Below, piece after piece: positions 45,819 through 55,891 of a DNA stretch of 64,000 nt. Location of the stretch: assembly GCA_035344155.1 (NCBI GenBank), contig DAORAL010000003.1, positions 132,402 through 196,401 on the forward strand, read 5' to 3'. Numbering within the stretch: the first letter of the stretch is position 1; each line of letters opens with the position of its first letter. Origin of the DNA: Phycisphaerae bacterium (GTDB taxonomy: Bacteria > Planctomycetota > Phycisphaerae > UBA1845). A program made the position numbers and the translations under genes. Below the pieces are notes generated by a model, which was given only the letters and a program-made list of their open reading frames with translations, was not told the origin of the DNA and searched no databases.

Positions 45819-46694
45819 ATGAACAGAATCCTCGACGCCAAATGGCTCGCTTCGGACGTGAAGTGGTTTCATTTGCAGGCACCGCTGGTTGCCCGTCATC
45901 GTCAGCCGGGCCAATTCGTCATTGTCAGGGTCCAGGAGACCGGCGAGCGCATACCGCTTACTGTCGCGGACTCAAATGCGGAAAGCGGAACCATCGACCT
46001 GATCGTCAAGGTGGTTGGTAAGACCACGACCTTGCTTTGTACGAAGGAAGCGGGCGATACGATCGCAGATATCGCCGGACCTCTGGGGCGCCCAACTGAG
46101 ATCTGCAGCGACGCCCGCGTGATCGTCATCGGCGGGGGCGTGGGAACGGCTGTCATCTACCCGCTGGCCCGCGCTCTGCGCGACGCCCGTTGCCACGTGA
46201 CGGCTATCATTGGCGGTCGAAACCGTGAACTGATCGTGCTGGAGTCCGAGTTGGCGGAGGTTGCCGATGAAGTCCAGCCATGTACGGATGACGGCAGCTA
46301 TGGCTTCCGCGGAACCGTCGCCGACCGACTTCGGGAATTGATCGACCGAGCAAACACGCCCTTCGACATGATTTATGCGGCTGGTCCGGTTCCGATGATG
46401 CGGGCGGTCGCCGAATTGACGCGGGAAGCGGGGATCAAGACGGTGGTCTCGCTCAATCCCATTATGGTTGACGGGACGGGAATGTGCGGCGGGTGCCGGG
46501 TCAACGTCGGTGGAGAGGTTCGCTACGCCTGTGTGGACGGACCGGAGTTTGACGCACACGACGTCGACTACGAGTCGTTGTCGAATCGCCTGACCGCTTA
46601 TCGAACGCAGGAACAAGTCGCCACCGAATCACTTCAACATCGGTGCAGAGCTGAATCAACCCTTGAGAATATGGATCAAGCGAAATGCCACTGA
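45819..46694 (+). CDS. nfnA: Sulfide/dihydroorotate dehydrogenase-like FAD/NAD-binding [2Fe-2S] subunit (NfnA/SudB-like)
   Basis: It has QPGQFVIVRV, RIPLTVAD, VIGGGVGTAVIYP and the C-terminal DGTGMCGGCRV cluster. Confidence 0.75.
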   Translation: MNRILDAKWLASDVKWFHLQAPLVARHRQPGQFVIVRVQETGERIPLTVADSNAESGTIDLIVKVVGKTTTLLCTKEAGDTIADIAGPLGRPTEICSDARVIVIGGGVGTAVIYPLARALRDARCHVTAIIGGRNRELIVLESELAEVADEVQPCTDDGSYGFRGTVADRLRELIDRANTPFDMIYAAGPVPMMRAVAELTREAGIKTVVSLNPIMVDGTGMCGGCRVNVGGEVRYACVDGPEFDAHDVDYESLSNRLTAYRTQEQVATESLQHRCRAESTLENMDQAKCH

Positions 46695-48130
46695 CGCCCA
46701 AAGAGCGAATGAAAATCGTCCGTCAGCAGATGCCCGAACAAGACGCGCAGCAGCGAGCCACCAACTTTGGCGAGGTAAACTCGGGTTTTACGATCGAGTT
46801 GGCGCGGCTCGAAGCCGAGCGATGCTTGCGCTGCCGCGATGCCAAGTGTATCTCCGGATGTCCCGTGGGGATCGACATTCCCAAATTCATCGAACACATT
46901 GCAGACGGGGACTTGCACTCTGCAGCGGACGTGCTGCTGCGCGATAACGCGCTTCCAGGGATTACCGGTCGGGTGTGTCCGCAAGAAGAACAATGTGAGC
47001 AACAATGCGTGCGCAGCAAAGGAGCTGGGTGCTCGGTTGCGGTTGGGCATCTGGAGCGATTCGTCGCCGATTGGGCCCGCGATAATGTCGCCGCGGCGTC
47101 GCCGTCGAACGTGAAACATACGGGATTCCGCGTCGCGGTTGTTGGATCTGGACCAGCCGGATTGACGGCGGCTGGCGAACTTGCCCGGCGCGGCCACGCG
47201 GTGACGATCTTTGAGGCGTTGCACGCGGTGGGTGGCGTGTTGCGTTATGGCATTCCCAATTTTCGACTGCCCAATGAAATCATCGAGTCAGAGGTGGCCC
47301 GCCTGGTCGCCTTGGGCGTCGTCATTAAAACGAATGTGATCGTGGGGACCACGATGACCGTCGATGAATTGATGACCACCGAGGGATATGACGCAGTCTT
47401 CATTGCGAACGGGGCTGGCCTACCCGTATTCATGAACATTCCGGGCGAAGATCTAAACGGTGTGTATTCGGCGAACGAATTCCTCACCCGCGTGAACCTG
47501 ATGGAGGCCTATCGGTTCCCCGATGCGGATACGCCTGTCGTCGAAGCTGACCGGGCTGTGGTCATCGGTGGAGGAAATACCGCCATGGACTCCATCCGAA
47601 CGGCCCGTCGTCTCGGCGCCAAGGAGGCCACGTTGGTGTACCGGCGCGGACGTACTGAAATGCCTGCCCGCCAGGAAGAGATTCACCATGCGGAGCAGGA
47701 AGGCATCGAGTTTCGATTGCTATGCAGTCCAGTTCGAATTCTTGGAACGGAATCCGGATGGGTTCGCGGGGTGGAGTGCGTCGAGATGGAGCTTGGCGAT
47801 GCGGACGCGTCCGGACGGCGCCGGCCCGTTCCCATCCCCGAATCCGAATTCACCATCGATTGCGACATGGTCATCGAAGCCATCGGTACGCGGGCCAACC
47901 CGCTATTGACCTCGACGACCCCGGACATCAATGTCAATCGGTGGGGCAACATTGAAGTTGATGAGGATGGCATGACCAGTCGGCTGGGTGTTTTCGCGGG
48001 CGGAGACATCACCCGCGGTGCGGCGACGGTGATTCTCGCCATGGGAGACGGTAAACGTGCGGCTGCCGCCATCGACCGGTACCTGCTTCGAAATCCCGCG
48101 CACAGTGAAGCGATTTTACCAGCGCGGTAA
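46685..48130 (+). CDS. nfnB: Homotetrameric-type glutamate synthase small-subunit-like NADPH oxidoreductase (NfnB/SudA-like)
   Basis: It has CLRCRDAKCISGCPV, VCPQEEQCEQQC, VAVVGSGPAGLTAA and VFAGGDITRGAATV. It overlaps nfnA by 10 nt. Confidence 0.8.
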   Translation: MPLTPKERMKIVRQQMPEQDAQQRATNFGEVNSGFTIELARLEAERCLRCRDAKCISGCPVGIDIPKFIEHIADGDLHSAADVLLRDNALPGITGRVCPQEEQCEQQCVRSKGAGCSVAVGHLERFVADWARDNVAAASPSNVKHTGFRVAVVGSGPAGLTAAGELARRGHAVTIFEALHAVGGVLRYGIPNFRLPNEIIESEVARLVALGVVIKTNVIVGTTMTVDELMTTEGYDAVFIANGAGLPVFMNIPGEDLNGVYSANEFLTRVNLMEAYRFPDADTPVVEADRAVVIGGGNTAMDSIRTARRLGAKEATLVYRRGRTEMPARQEEIHHAEQEGIEFRLLCSPVRILGTESGWVRGVECVEMELGDADASGRRRPVPIPESEFTIDCDMVIEAIGTRANPLLTSTTPDINVNRWGNIEVDEDGMTSRLGVFAGGDITRGAATVILAMGDGKRAAAAIDRYLLRNPAHSEAILPAR

Positions 48131-48253
48131 CAACAACTCATCTGGCACAGCGCATGTTAGTTGAAGAACCGATGGACGTTCATCGGAACTTGTGCGGACT
48201 GAGCGATCGAGCCAACCCTCAATCCGTTTGCGTCCTCGCTCAGGCGAATTGAC

Positions 48254-48706
48254 ATGAACGAGTCAAACATTGAGTCATCTGACTCATCGGCCGCAATTCG
48301 GTACAGCGCTTTGAGTGCGACTTGCCATCCGGATTGCGTGGCGTGTCGGGACACCGAGGTCGGTGGCTTGGGGCTTCGTTTCAATTTGCGCGATGATGGT
48401 ACGGTTGTCACCCGGTTTTTCTGCGAGGAAAAGTATCAGGGGTATCCTGATCGCATGCACGGTGGAATCATCGCGACGTTATTGGACGCAGCGATGACGC
48501 ACTGTTTGTTCGCCCACAACAAGCGGGGGGTGACCGCCAAACTCGCGATCCGATACAATCGCCCGGTGCTCATCGGCGCTGATGCGACCATATCAGCCGA
48601 AGTCGCATCCGACCGAGGCATGCTGGTTGAATTGAATTCGGAAATTCACCAGTCCGGTCAGCTATGTGCCTCATCAAAAGCGACCTTCTTCATCCAGACA
48701 CCCTAG
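48254..48706 (+). CDS. PaaI/hotdog-fold thioesterase
   Basis: It has MHGGIIATLLDAAMTHC. An N-terminal CHPDCVAC motif is also present. Confidence 0.7.
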   Translation: MNESNIESSDSSAAIRYSALSATCHPDCVACRDTEVGGLGLRFNLRDDGTVVTRFFCEEKYQGYPDRMHGGIIATLLDAAMTHCLFAHNKRGVTAKLAIRYNRPVLIGADATISAEVASDRGMLVELNSEIHQSGQLCASSKATFFIQTP

Positions 48707-49049
48707 CGCATCGACCGCCGAACGGTATGACAATAGGAGGAGATCGCTGCCTCCTGCACGCAGGTGCCCTCAAAAGAGTCGAAACGAAAACGGTGGATGG
48801 TGCCACCCTCTGCGTGATTTCGCCCATGGGCGGTGCCAGAAGCAAGTCGCAGTCATGGATTGGCGCGATGAGGCACGGTTGACTCGTCTTAATCTCACTT
48901 AAACGACCCCAGTGCATGATGCGTGGAAAGCCAATTTAGGCGTCGTTTGGCATGCGGTTTGCAACGTGTCCTTGGTCCAGCGGTCTTCGGTGTGCCAGCG
49001 CCGATCCTGAGGCTGATCCGAGAACCTGGCGAACGTGGAAGGCAACAAC

Positions 49050-50261
49050 ATGCTTGCTCCTGACTCGTTGGTCGTGCATGCCGGAATTGGGGAAAACGAG
49101 TACTTGGCCGTCGTTCCACCGATTTACCAAACGTCGACATTTGCGTTCGATTGCGCCGAGCAGGGGGCTGATCTGTTTGCCGGTAAGCGCGACGGTTACA
49201 TCTATTCGCGCATGGGCAATCCAACCGTGCGCGCTCTGGAAGATGCCGTCGCGGCGCTTGAGGGCGGACACGCGGGACTTGCCTGCGGAAGTGGAATGGC
49301 GGCAGTGCACACGGCGCTGGCGACGCTCCTAAGCGCCGGTGACCACGTCATCTGCTCGGAGTCCGTCTACGGACCGACCTGCACCCTGCTCGAAACGGTT
49401 CTGTCGCGATTTGGGATCGAGTCAACGATTGTCGATTCGTCCGACCTCAATGCGGTTCAGGACGCATTTCGCCCGAACACGACGGTGGTCTACATCGAAA
49501 CCCCGGGCAATCCGACCTTGGCGATTTGCGATCTCGAACCGCTCTGCAAGATGGCCCACGAACGCGGTGCGAAGGTGATCGTCGACAACACATTCATGAC
49601 CCCGATTCTCCAGCAGCCGTTTCGCTGGGGCGCCGATGTCGTCGTCCACAGCCTGACCAAATTCCTTAACGGTCACGCCGATGTGGTTGGCGGAATGGTG
49701 GTGGTCAAGGATGAAGATCAATATTCGTTGTTCCGCAAGTCGCTCAATCACCTGGGCGGTGTGCTTGGGCCTTTTGATTCCTTCCTTGTTCATCGCGGCA
49801 TCAAGACGCTGTCACTTCGGATGCAGCGCCATTGCGAAAGCGCTTTGAAAGTGGCGACCTATCTGGAGCAGCACCCGTCCGTTGAGTGGGTTCGCTATCC
49901 CGGGCTTGAAAGTCATCCGCAGCATGAAGTAGCCGAACGGCAGATGGCTGGCGGCGGTGGGGTGATCAGCTTTGAGCTTGCGGGTGGAATCGAAGCCGGG
50001 CGGGCGATGATGAACGCGGTTCGACTTTGCGGTTTGGCGGTCAGCCTCGGCGGTGTGGAGTCGCTCATTCAGCACCCAGCCAGCATGACCCACGCGATCA
50101 TGGGGGCTGAAGCCCGCCACCGGGCGCACATCACCGACGGTCTGGTGCGCGTATCGGTCGGTATCGAAAACCCCAATGACATCATCCACGATCTGGACCA
50201 GGCCATTGCCCAGTCGAATTCCATGTCCAACACTGCAAATGCAGGAGAAATTCACGCTTAA
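49050..50261 (+). CDS. Cys/Met-metabolism PLP-dependent enzyme (methionine gamma-lyase / O-acylhomoserine sulfhydrylase family)
   Basis: It has YSRMGNPT and the PLP-lysine region HSLTKFLNGHADVVGG. GGAAGG lies 7 nt upstream of the ATG at 49050. Confidence 0.85.
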   Translation: MLAPDSLVVHAGIGENEYLAVVPPIYQTSTFAFDCAEQGADLFAGKRDGYIYSRMGNPTVRALEDAVAALEGGHAGLACGSGMAAVHTALATLLSAGDHVICSESVYGPTCTLLETVLSRFGIESTIVDSSDLNAVQDAFRPNTTVVYIETPGNPTLAICDLEPLCKMAHERGAKVIVDNTFMTPILQQPFRWGADVVVHSLTKFLNGHADVVGGMVVVKDEDQYSLFRKSLNHLGGVLGPFDSFLVHRGIKTLSLRMQRHCESALKVATYLEQHPSVEWVRYPGLESHPQHEVAERQMAGGGGVISFELAGGIEAGRAMMNAVRLCGLAVSLGGVESLIQHPASMTHAIMGAEARHRAHITDGLVRVSVGIENPNDIIHDLDQAIAQSNSMSNTANAGEIHA

Positions 50262-50273
50262 CGTTGGTGCTCC

Positions 50274-51983
50274 ATGAAAAACTTGATTAGCGATTCACTC
50301 GCCGGGGATCGAGTCATCAACACCCGCAAGTCGGGTATTTGGCTCCTCCATAACCCTTCCACAAACCAGGGCTTGGCATTTGGCCGCGAGCAGCGCGACG
50401 AATTGCACGTTCGAGGCATGCTTCCCCACGCGGTCAGCACGATCGACGATCAAGTCAAACTGGTCCTCGCGCAACTGCGGGCGAAAAATTCCAACCTCGA
50501 AAAGTACATTCACCTCGCCAGCCTCCAGGATCGCAACGAAGTCCTGTTCTACCGCGTGCTGGTGGAAAACCTTTCCGAATTGATGCCCATCGTCTACACG
50601 CCGACGGTCGGTGAAGCCTGCCAGAAGTTCTCGCACATCGTGCGCTCGCCGCGTGGTATCTGGTTGACGCCCGATGATGTTGACGACATGCCATCCGTCC
50701 TGCGCAACGCCCCATTTCAAGATATTCGCCTCATTGTTGTGACGGACAACGAGCGCATCTTGGGCTTGGGCGATCAGGGTTGCGGCGGCATGGGCATTCC
50801 GGTGGGTAAGCTCGCGCTCTATACGGGAGGGGCGGGGATTCACCCGTCCAAATGCCTGCCGATCAGTCTCGACGTGGGCACGAACAACCCCAACCTGTTG
50901 GACGATCCGCTCTATCTGGGCTATCCGCATCGACGTTTACAGGGGCGCGACTATGACGATTTCATTGAATCGTTCGTGCATGCGGTGAAAGAGGTTTTCC
51001 CGCGTGCGATCATTCAGTGGGAAGACTTCCAGCGCGACCGTGCGTTTGCACTGCTCGAAGCGTATCGCATGCGAACGCCTTGCTTTAACGATGACATTCA
51101 AGGGACGGCTGCGGTGACGGCCGCAGGCGTGCTCGCGGCGCTGCGCAAGACCGGTCAAACGATGGCCGAACAGCGCATGTTGTTTATCGGTGCGGGTGAA
51201 GCGTGCACCGGTATTGTGCGGTTGTGCAGTTTGCTCATGAGGCAGGACGGCGCATCCGAAGACACGATCCGCCGATCGATGATGGCGTTTGACTCGCGCG
51301 GGTTGCTGCACGATGGACGCCAACGCCTCGACAAGTACAAAGCCGAGTTGGCCGTCTCAAAGAAGGTTCTCGATGAATTGAAGCTCGATGCGAGCAAGGA
51401 GCTTACACCGCTCGATGTCATTTCCGCATTCAAGCCAACGGTGCTGATCGGTGCGACGGCTCAACCCGGTTTGTTTACCGAAGAGATGCTTCGCGAAATG
51501 AGCAAGCACGTCGAGCAGCCGCTGATCATGCCGCTCAGCAACCCCAACAGCAAATCGGAATGTTCGCCATCAGAGGCCATCCGCTGGACCGAAGGGCGGG
51601 CGATTGTCGCAACGGGCAGCCCATTCCCCGATGTCGAGTACGAAGGAAAGCATCACATCATCGGGCAGGCCAACAACGTGTTCATTTTCCCGGGTCTGGG
51701 CCTTGGAGCGGCTGTCTCCGAAACAACGCAAATCACGGATGAGATGTTCGCGATCGCGGCGAGGACGTTGGCCAACATCGTCAAGCCCGAGCGGTTGGAA
51801 TCCGGTGCGATCTATCCTTGCCAGAATGACTTGCGGGTCGTGAGTCAGAAGATTGCGTGCGAGGTGGTCAAGTACGCAGCCGCCAACAACCTGGGCCGCC
51901 ACATTTCACCGGAAGACACCGAGGAAGCAGTCCGGCAGGCATCGTGGTATCCCAATTACGTGCCGGTGCATCGAAAGCTGTGA
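50274..51983 (+). CDS. maeA: NAD(P)-dependent malic enzyme
   Basis: It has YTPTVGEAC, VVTDNERILGLGDQGCGGMGIPVGKL, FNDDIQGTAAV and FIGAGEA. Confidence 0.9.
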   Translation: MKNLISDSLAGDRVINTRKSGIWLLHNPSTNQGLAFGREQRDELHVRGMLPHAVSTIDDQVKLVLAQLRAKNSNLEKYIHLASLQDRNEVLFYRVLVENLSELMPIVYTPTVGEACQKFSHIVRSPRGIWLTPDDVDDMPSVLRNAPFQDIRLIVVTDNERILGLGDQGCGGMGIPVGKLALYTGGAGIHPSKCLPISLDVGTNNPNLLDDPLYLGYPHRRLQGRDYDDFIESFVHAVKEVFPRAIIQWEDFQRDRAFALLEAYRMRTPCFNDDIQGTAAVTAAGVLAALRKTGQTMAEQRMLFIGAGEACTGIVRLCSLLMRQDGASEDTIRRSMMAFDSRGLLHDGRQRLDKYKAELAVSKKVLDELKLDASKELTPLDVISAFKPTVLIGATAQPGLFTEEMLREMSKHVEQPLIMPLSNPNSKSECSPSEAIRWTEGRAIVATGSPFPDVEYEGKHHIIGQANNVFIFPGLGLGAAVSETTQITDEMFAIAARTLANIVKPERLESGAIYPCQNDLRVVSQKIACEVVKYAAANNLGRHISPEDTEEAVRQASWYPNYVPVHRKL

Positions 51984-52140
51984 CACTTGCCCCAAGGCGG
52001 TAACGTTGGCGGCGATTTTCTGCGAAGCGCCACGGCTTCGATTGCGCTTCGGAAATTGGACCGAGGTTTCTGGTAGTCCAGTGTCTACGCAGGACTTTCG
52101 GTTAACAGAATATGTGCAGCAATCGGTGTCGATTCTGAAT

Positions 52141-52791
52141 ATGGGCAAAGTGCCTGCGCCTCACGACAAACCATCGATGAATACGCCCCATGAACACGAA
52201 CTCAACGAACTGATCAGTCGCGCGCAAGGTCGCGATGAGGATGCGCTGAACAAGTTGTTCGATGTATACTCACAGCGGTTGCTGGCGTCAGTGCGGTCTG
52301 AGTTGGGCGATCGGTTGCGACAGCGGCTTGAGTCGCAGGACGTTATGCAACAGGTATACGTCGACGCGCTGGACAACATTCAGAAGTTCGTGGATCGCGG
52401 CCAGGATAGCTTCTTCGCCTGGCTGCGGCGTATCGCGGTTAATCGAATCTGCGATGCCGATCGCAAGGCGTTTCAAACCGTCAAACGCGGCAAAGAAGTC
52501 CGGGCAGCCGACGTCGCTGGGGACGAATCCATGATGGGCCTGCTCGACGTTCTGACCGCCGACATCACCAGCCCCAGCCTGGCCGTCGATCGCCAGGATC
52601 GGATCCGACTGCTCACCAAAGCCCTAGACGAATTGGGTGATGATCAGCGAGAAGTGATCACTTTACGCTACCTAAATCAGTTGAATGTTACCGAGACAGC
52701 CGCGAAAATGGATCGCTCCGAGCGCGCTGTACGCAGTCTTTGCGTGCGTGCGTTGATCCGGCTTCGGGAGCTGCTCGGTGATGCCATCTGA
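52141..52791 (+). CDS. ECF-type sigma-70 family factor
   Basis: Region 2 contains DVMQQVYVDALDNIQKF...FAWLRRIAVNRICD. Region 4 contains REVITLRYLNQLNVTETAAKMDRSERAVRSL. The start is uncertain (52141 or 52177). Confidence 0.8.
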   Translation: MGKVPAPHDKPSMNTPHEHELNELISRAQGRDEDALNKLFDVYSQRLLASVRSELGDRLRQRLESQDVMQQVYVDALDNIQKFVDRGQDSFFAWLRRIAVNRICDADRKAFQTVKRGKEVRAADVAGDESMMGLLDVLTADITSPSLAVDRQDRIRLLTKALDELGDDQREVITLRYLNQLNVTETAAKMDRSERAVRSLCVRALIRLRELLGDAI

Positions 52792-55411
52792 CCATGCCCA
52801 ATCCGACCACACCCAAACCAACAGGGGTGATGCAGGGGATTCACTGCCACCCACGCAGGCGTTGATCGAAACAGTCCTCGACGAATACCTGGAAGAGTTG
52901 GCGGCTGGTCTCCATCCCGATCAAGAATCGTACATTCGCAAGAATCCTGAGTTGGCCGACGCGCTTCGCGGTGTGTTCAAGACGCTGGACTTTGTTGAGG
53001 CGACGAGCACGACGCTTCGCGCCGGACAGCTTGGGCATGGTTCGCGCCTCGGTGAGTTTCGAATCATTCGAGAAGTGGCGCGCGGGGGGATGGGTGTGGT
53101 GTACGAAGCTGTGCAGACGCCGCTCAATCGGCGGGTTGCGCTGAAGGTCTTGCCCGCCGCCGCGATTCTCTCTCCTACGGCGGCTGAACGATTTGCACGC
53201 GAGGCGGCGACGACCGGTCAGTTGCATCACACCAACATTGTACCGGTGTACGCGGTGGGTGAGGCGGACGGCGTACATTACTACGCGATGCAATTCATCG
53301 AAGGTCAATCGCTCGCGGGGCATCTCAAGACCATCAAGGAAAATCCGCAATCGCTCGATCGCAGCTACTACCGCCGCGTTGCGCGGTGGGGTATGCAAAT
53401 CGCGGAAGCCCTCGCGCACGCCCATAGCCAAGGCATCGTTCATCGCGATATCAAACCGTCGAACCTTTTGCTCGATGAACGCGATGACGTGTGGATCAGC
53501 GACTTTGGACTCGCCCGCGTGGATTCAATGGCCAGTCTGACGTTGTCCGGTGACATCGTCGGAACCACGCGCTACATGTCGCCCGAGCAGGCGCGCGGTG
53601 AGGGGCGCGTGGACGGTCGCTCTGATATTTACTCGCTGGGCGTCACCCTCTATGAACTGCTTGCACTTGTTCCTGCGTTTGACGGTGCGTCTCGCGATGA
53701 GGTCTTAAGTCGGATCGCGTCAACTGATCCGCCGCGCTTGCGGAAGACCAATGCGGCGATTGCCCGCGACCTGGAGACCATCGTCGGAAAATGCATGGAG
53801 CGAGAGTTGGAGAGTCGCTACGCCAGTGGGGAACAAGTTGCCAACGACCTGCGCCGGTTTCTCGATGGGGCGCCCATCCGCGCTCGGCGCACGCCGTTGA
53901 TCGTCTGCGCGGGGCGATACGTTCGAAAGCACCGTGTCCATGCAGCCGGCGTAGCACTTGCGCTCACACTGACTGTGGCGACGGTACTGCTCATACGCCA
54001 GGTGCGACGGGTCGAGGGTGACCGCCTGTTGGAGCAGGGGTATGCGGCAGTATTGTTTGACCGGGATTTCGAACGGGGCGAATCGTTGCTCGATGACGCC
54101 GAGTCGCGAGGAGTCGACGACGCAAGACTCTGGATTTATCGCAGCTTGATTCCGTTGCTCGACAACGAACCGAATCAAGCGATTCCATTTCTTGAGTCCG
54201 CGCTGAGACACGACCCGCAATCGGTGGAGGCGACGCTTGGGATGGGGCTTGCGTATGCAGCCAACGGTGATTTCTTCAACGCCCAGCGCAAACTCGCCGC
54301 AGTCGAACCTGACCAAATTAAGACGGCGTTGGGGTGGTACCTGCGAGGACTGGCGTTGAGCAAGACGACCCGCACCGAGGCGATCGATGCGTACAATCGC
54401 GCCATCGAAGTGCGGACGGACTTCACGCCTGCGATCGAGGCGCGGGCCCATTATCGCGGTATTCGTCTGCTCACCGAATCGGCGAGCGATCAGTTGGACC
54501 CGATGCTCGACGATCTGGATGCATTGGTCGTGTTTCGTCCGAACGATGCGATGGCATTCTGTGCGCGGGGAAGCGGTTGGTTGATCGCGGCTGCCCATGC
54601 CAAACGCACGCCGTCGCTGCATGAACGTGCGGATCAATGGCTGGCGAATTCCGCCGTTGATTACGACAAAGCGCTCGATCTCGCGCCGTCGAATTTGGCA
54701 CTTGTGTTGGTTCGGCAGGGCGTTCATGCGCGTTATACCGGTGACTTTGACAGTGCCGCGACGGCATTCGAAAAGGCCATTGCCGCGGACGGGGCGGCGG
54801 GCCGAACCCCACATCCGTATCGGATTCATGAACTGGCGACGGCACGCTACGCGCTGGGAGAATTCGACTCAGGTTTGCGACTGATCGAACCGGCTTGCAA
54901 GTCGTCGCCCGGGTATTGTCCGTTGGTATTGCAGCAGGCGTTGCTCCTTGCGGAAGTCGGGCGACTTTCCGAAGCGCGCTCGGTGGCAGCGGTTTCGATT
55001 GAGCGTCAAGCCGCCAACGCCAACGGTTTGTTTCTTTCCACGGTGATTGCCGAATTGTTGGGCGAGCGCGAGTCGGCCCGTCATGGCATTGAGCAGTTTG
55101 CCGAATCGGCGCGGCTGGAGAATGGGTCGGCCTCTAGCGATGCGCCGCCCGAATTGGCATTGGCGTTTCTGAATCGGGACATCGATGCGAGCACTCTACG
55201 TGCTTCGGTTGGTGATGCTCCAGGGCGGCGCTGCGAAGTGATGTTTCTAATCGCGATTCGGGCGTTGGCTGACGGGGATCGTTCGGCTGGCCGCGATGCG
55301 CTGTTCGAATGCGTCGATACCGGCGTATTTGTTTTCGCCGAATACCGATTCGCCCAGATGATGCTGGCCCGAATGGACGCTCAGCCGGACTGGCCTGCGT
55401 GGAATCACTGA
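52778..55411 (+). CDS. Ser/Thr protein kinase with TM helix and extracytoplasmic TPR repeats
   Basis: It has GRGGMGVVYEA, VALKVL, HRDIKPSNLL, DFGLA and the TM segment AAGVALALTLTVATVLLI. Its start overlaps the sigma gene by 14 nt. Confidence 0.9.
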   Translation: MMPSDHAQSDHTQTNRGDAGDSLPPTQALIETVLDEYLEELAAGLHPDQESYIRKNPELADALRGVFKTLDFVEATSTTLRAGQLGHGSRLGEFRIIREVARGGMGVVYEAVQTPLNRRVALKVLPAAAILSPTAAERFAREAATTGQLHHTNIVPVYAVGEADGVHYYAMQFIEGQSLAGHLKTIKENPQSLDRSYYRRVARWGMQIAEALAHAHSQGIVHRDIKPSNLLLDERDDVWISDFGLARVDSMASLTLSGDIVGTTRYMSPEQARGEGRVDGRSDIYSLGVTLYELLALVPAFDGASRDEVLSRIASTDPPRLRKTNAAIARDLETIVGKCMERELESRYASGEQVANDLRRFLDGAPIRARRTPLIVCAGRYVRKHRVHAAGVALALTLTVATVLLIRQVRRVEGDRLLEQGYAAVLFDRDFERGESLLDDAESRGVDDARLWIYRSLIPLLDNEPNQAIPFLESALRHDPQSVEATLGMGLAYAANGDFFNAQRKLAAVEPDQIKTALGWYLRGLALSKTTRTEAIDAYNRAIEVRTDFTPAIEARAHYRGIRLLTESASDQLDPMLDDLDALVVFRPNDAMAFCARGSGWLIAAAHAKRTPSLHERADQWLANSAVDYDKALDLAPSNLALVLVRQGVHARYTGDFDSAATAFEKAIAADGAAGRTPHPYRIHELATARYALGEFDSGLRLIEPACKSSPGYCPLVLQQALLLAEVGRLSEARSVAAVSIERQAANANGLFLSTVIAELLGERESARHGIEQFAESARLENGSASSDAPPELALAFLNRDIDASTLRASVGDAPGRRCEVMFLIAIRALADGDRSAGRDALFECVDTGVFVFAEYRFAQMMLARMDAQPDWPAWNH

Positions 55412-55603
55412 TTCTAGCCCAATCCCCGCCCTCAAGCCCGCCGCAACCCGGCGATTTTCAACGCGAATCGATTTTCTTCTGATTTTTTTACGCCATGCGA
55501 AGCGCGGTTGGTCTTTCCCCGCTTGAGTATTGGCGAGATATGGCGGAATGATGGAAACGCGGCTCGCCGAGGACAAGCGAACTCGAACACGAGGAGACAT
55601 ACG

Positions 55604-55795
55604 ATGAACGCCCTTCGCAAATCTTTGATGATCACGCTGGTCACCGCGGGGTGCTGCCTGACCTTTTCGACCGGATGCGACTATGTGGACTACGTGATGC
55701 CCGGCGACTTCTTGACGCCCAACGTCGAGCCGATGGACTTCTCGCCGTACGGATACGATTACGACATGTACGACATCTTCACCGAGGACATTTGA
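55604..55795 (+). CDS. Small acidic/aromatic lipoprotein
   Basis: GAGGAG lies 7 nt upstream. The lipobox is LTFSTGC. The tail reads DYVDYVMPGDF...YGYDYDMYDIFTEDI. Confidence 0.55.
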   Translation: MNALRKSLMITLVTAGCCLTFSTGCDYVDYVMPGDFLTPNVEPMDFSPYGYDYDMYDIFTEDI

Positions 55796-55816
55796 GCAAG
55801 ACTCTTGTAACCACCC

Positions 55817-55845
55817 GCCCCGGAAGATTTACCCACTTCCGGGGC
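55817..55845 (+). terminator. Hairpin terminator candidate
   Basis: GCCCCGGAAG pairs with CTTCCGGGGC (10-bp stem, 9-nt loop). A weak T-tract follows. Confidence 0.55.
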
Positions 55846-55891
55846 ATCTCCCCTTTTACGAATGACGCTGGCAGGAAGGAAGTGTGACATC

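Noticed and set aside
48707-49049. Possible SAM, cobalamin or other riboswitch in the 340-nt leader of the Cys/Met PLP-enzyme gene
   Set aside because: I could not find the conserved cores of SAM-I, SAM-II or the cobalamin B12 box. Only a short GGAGG/CCTCC hairpin after the thioesterase stop is present. An Infernal/Rfam scan would settle it.
49835-49848. LacI-operator-like CGAAAGCGCTTTGA
   Set aside because: It has two mismatches at the outermost conserved positions. It lies deep inside an unrelated coding region, so it is likely a chance match.
53720-54829. 369-aa minus-strand ORF, plus similar long antisense ORFs at 56321..57178, 14400..15137, 17313..18182 and 29802..30677
   Set aside because: Each lies opposite a gene with clear family motifs (kinase, S41, GH94, GH144-like, lipoprotein). 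These are GC-rich shadow frames.
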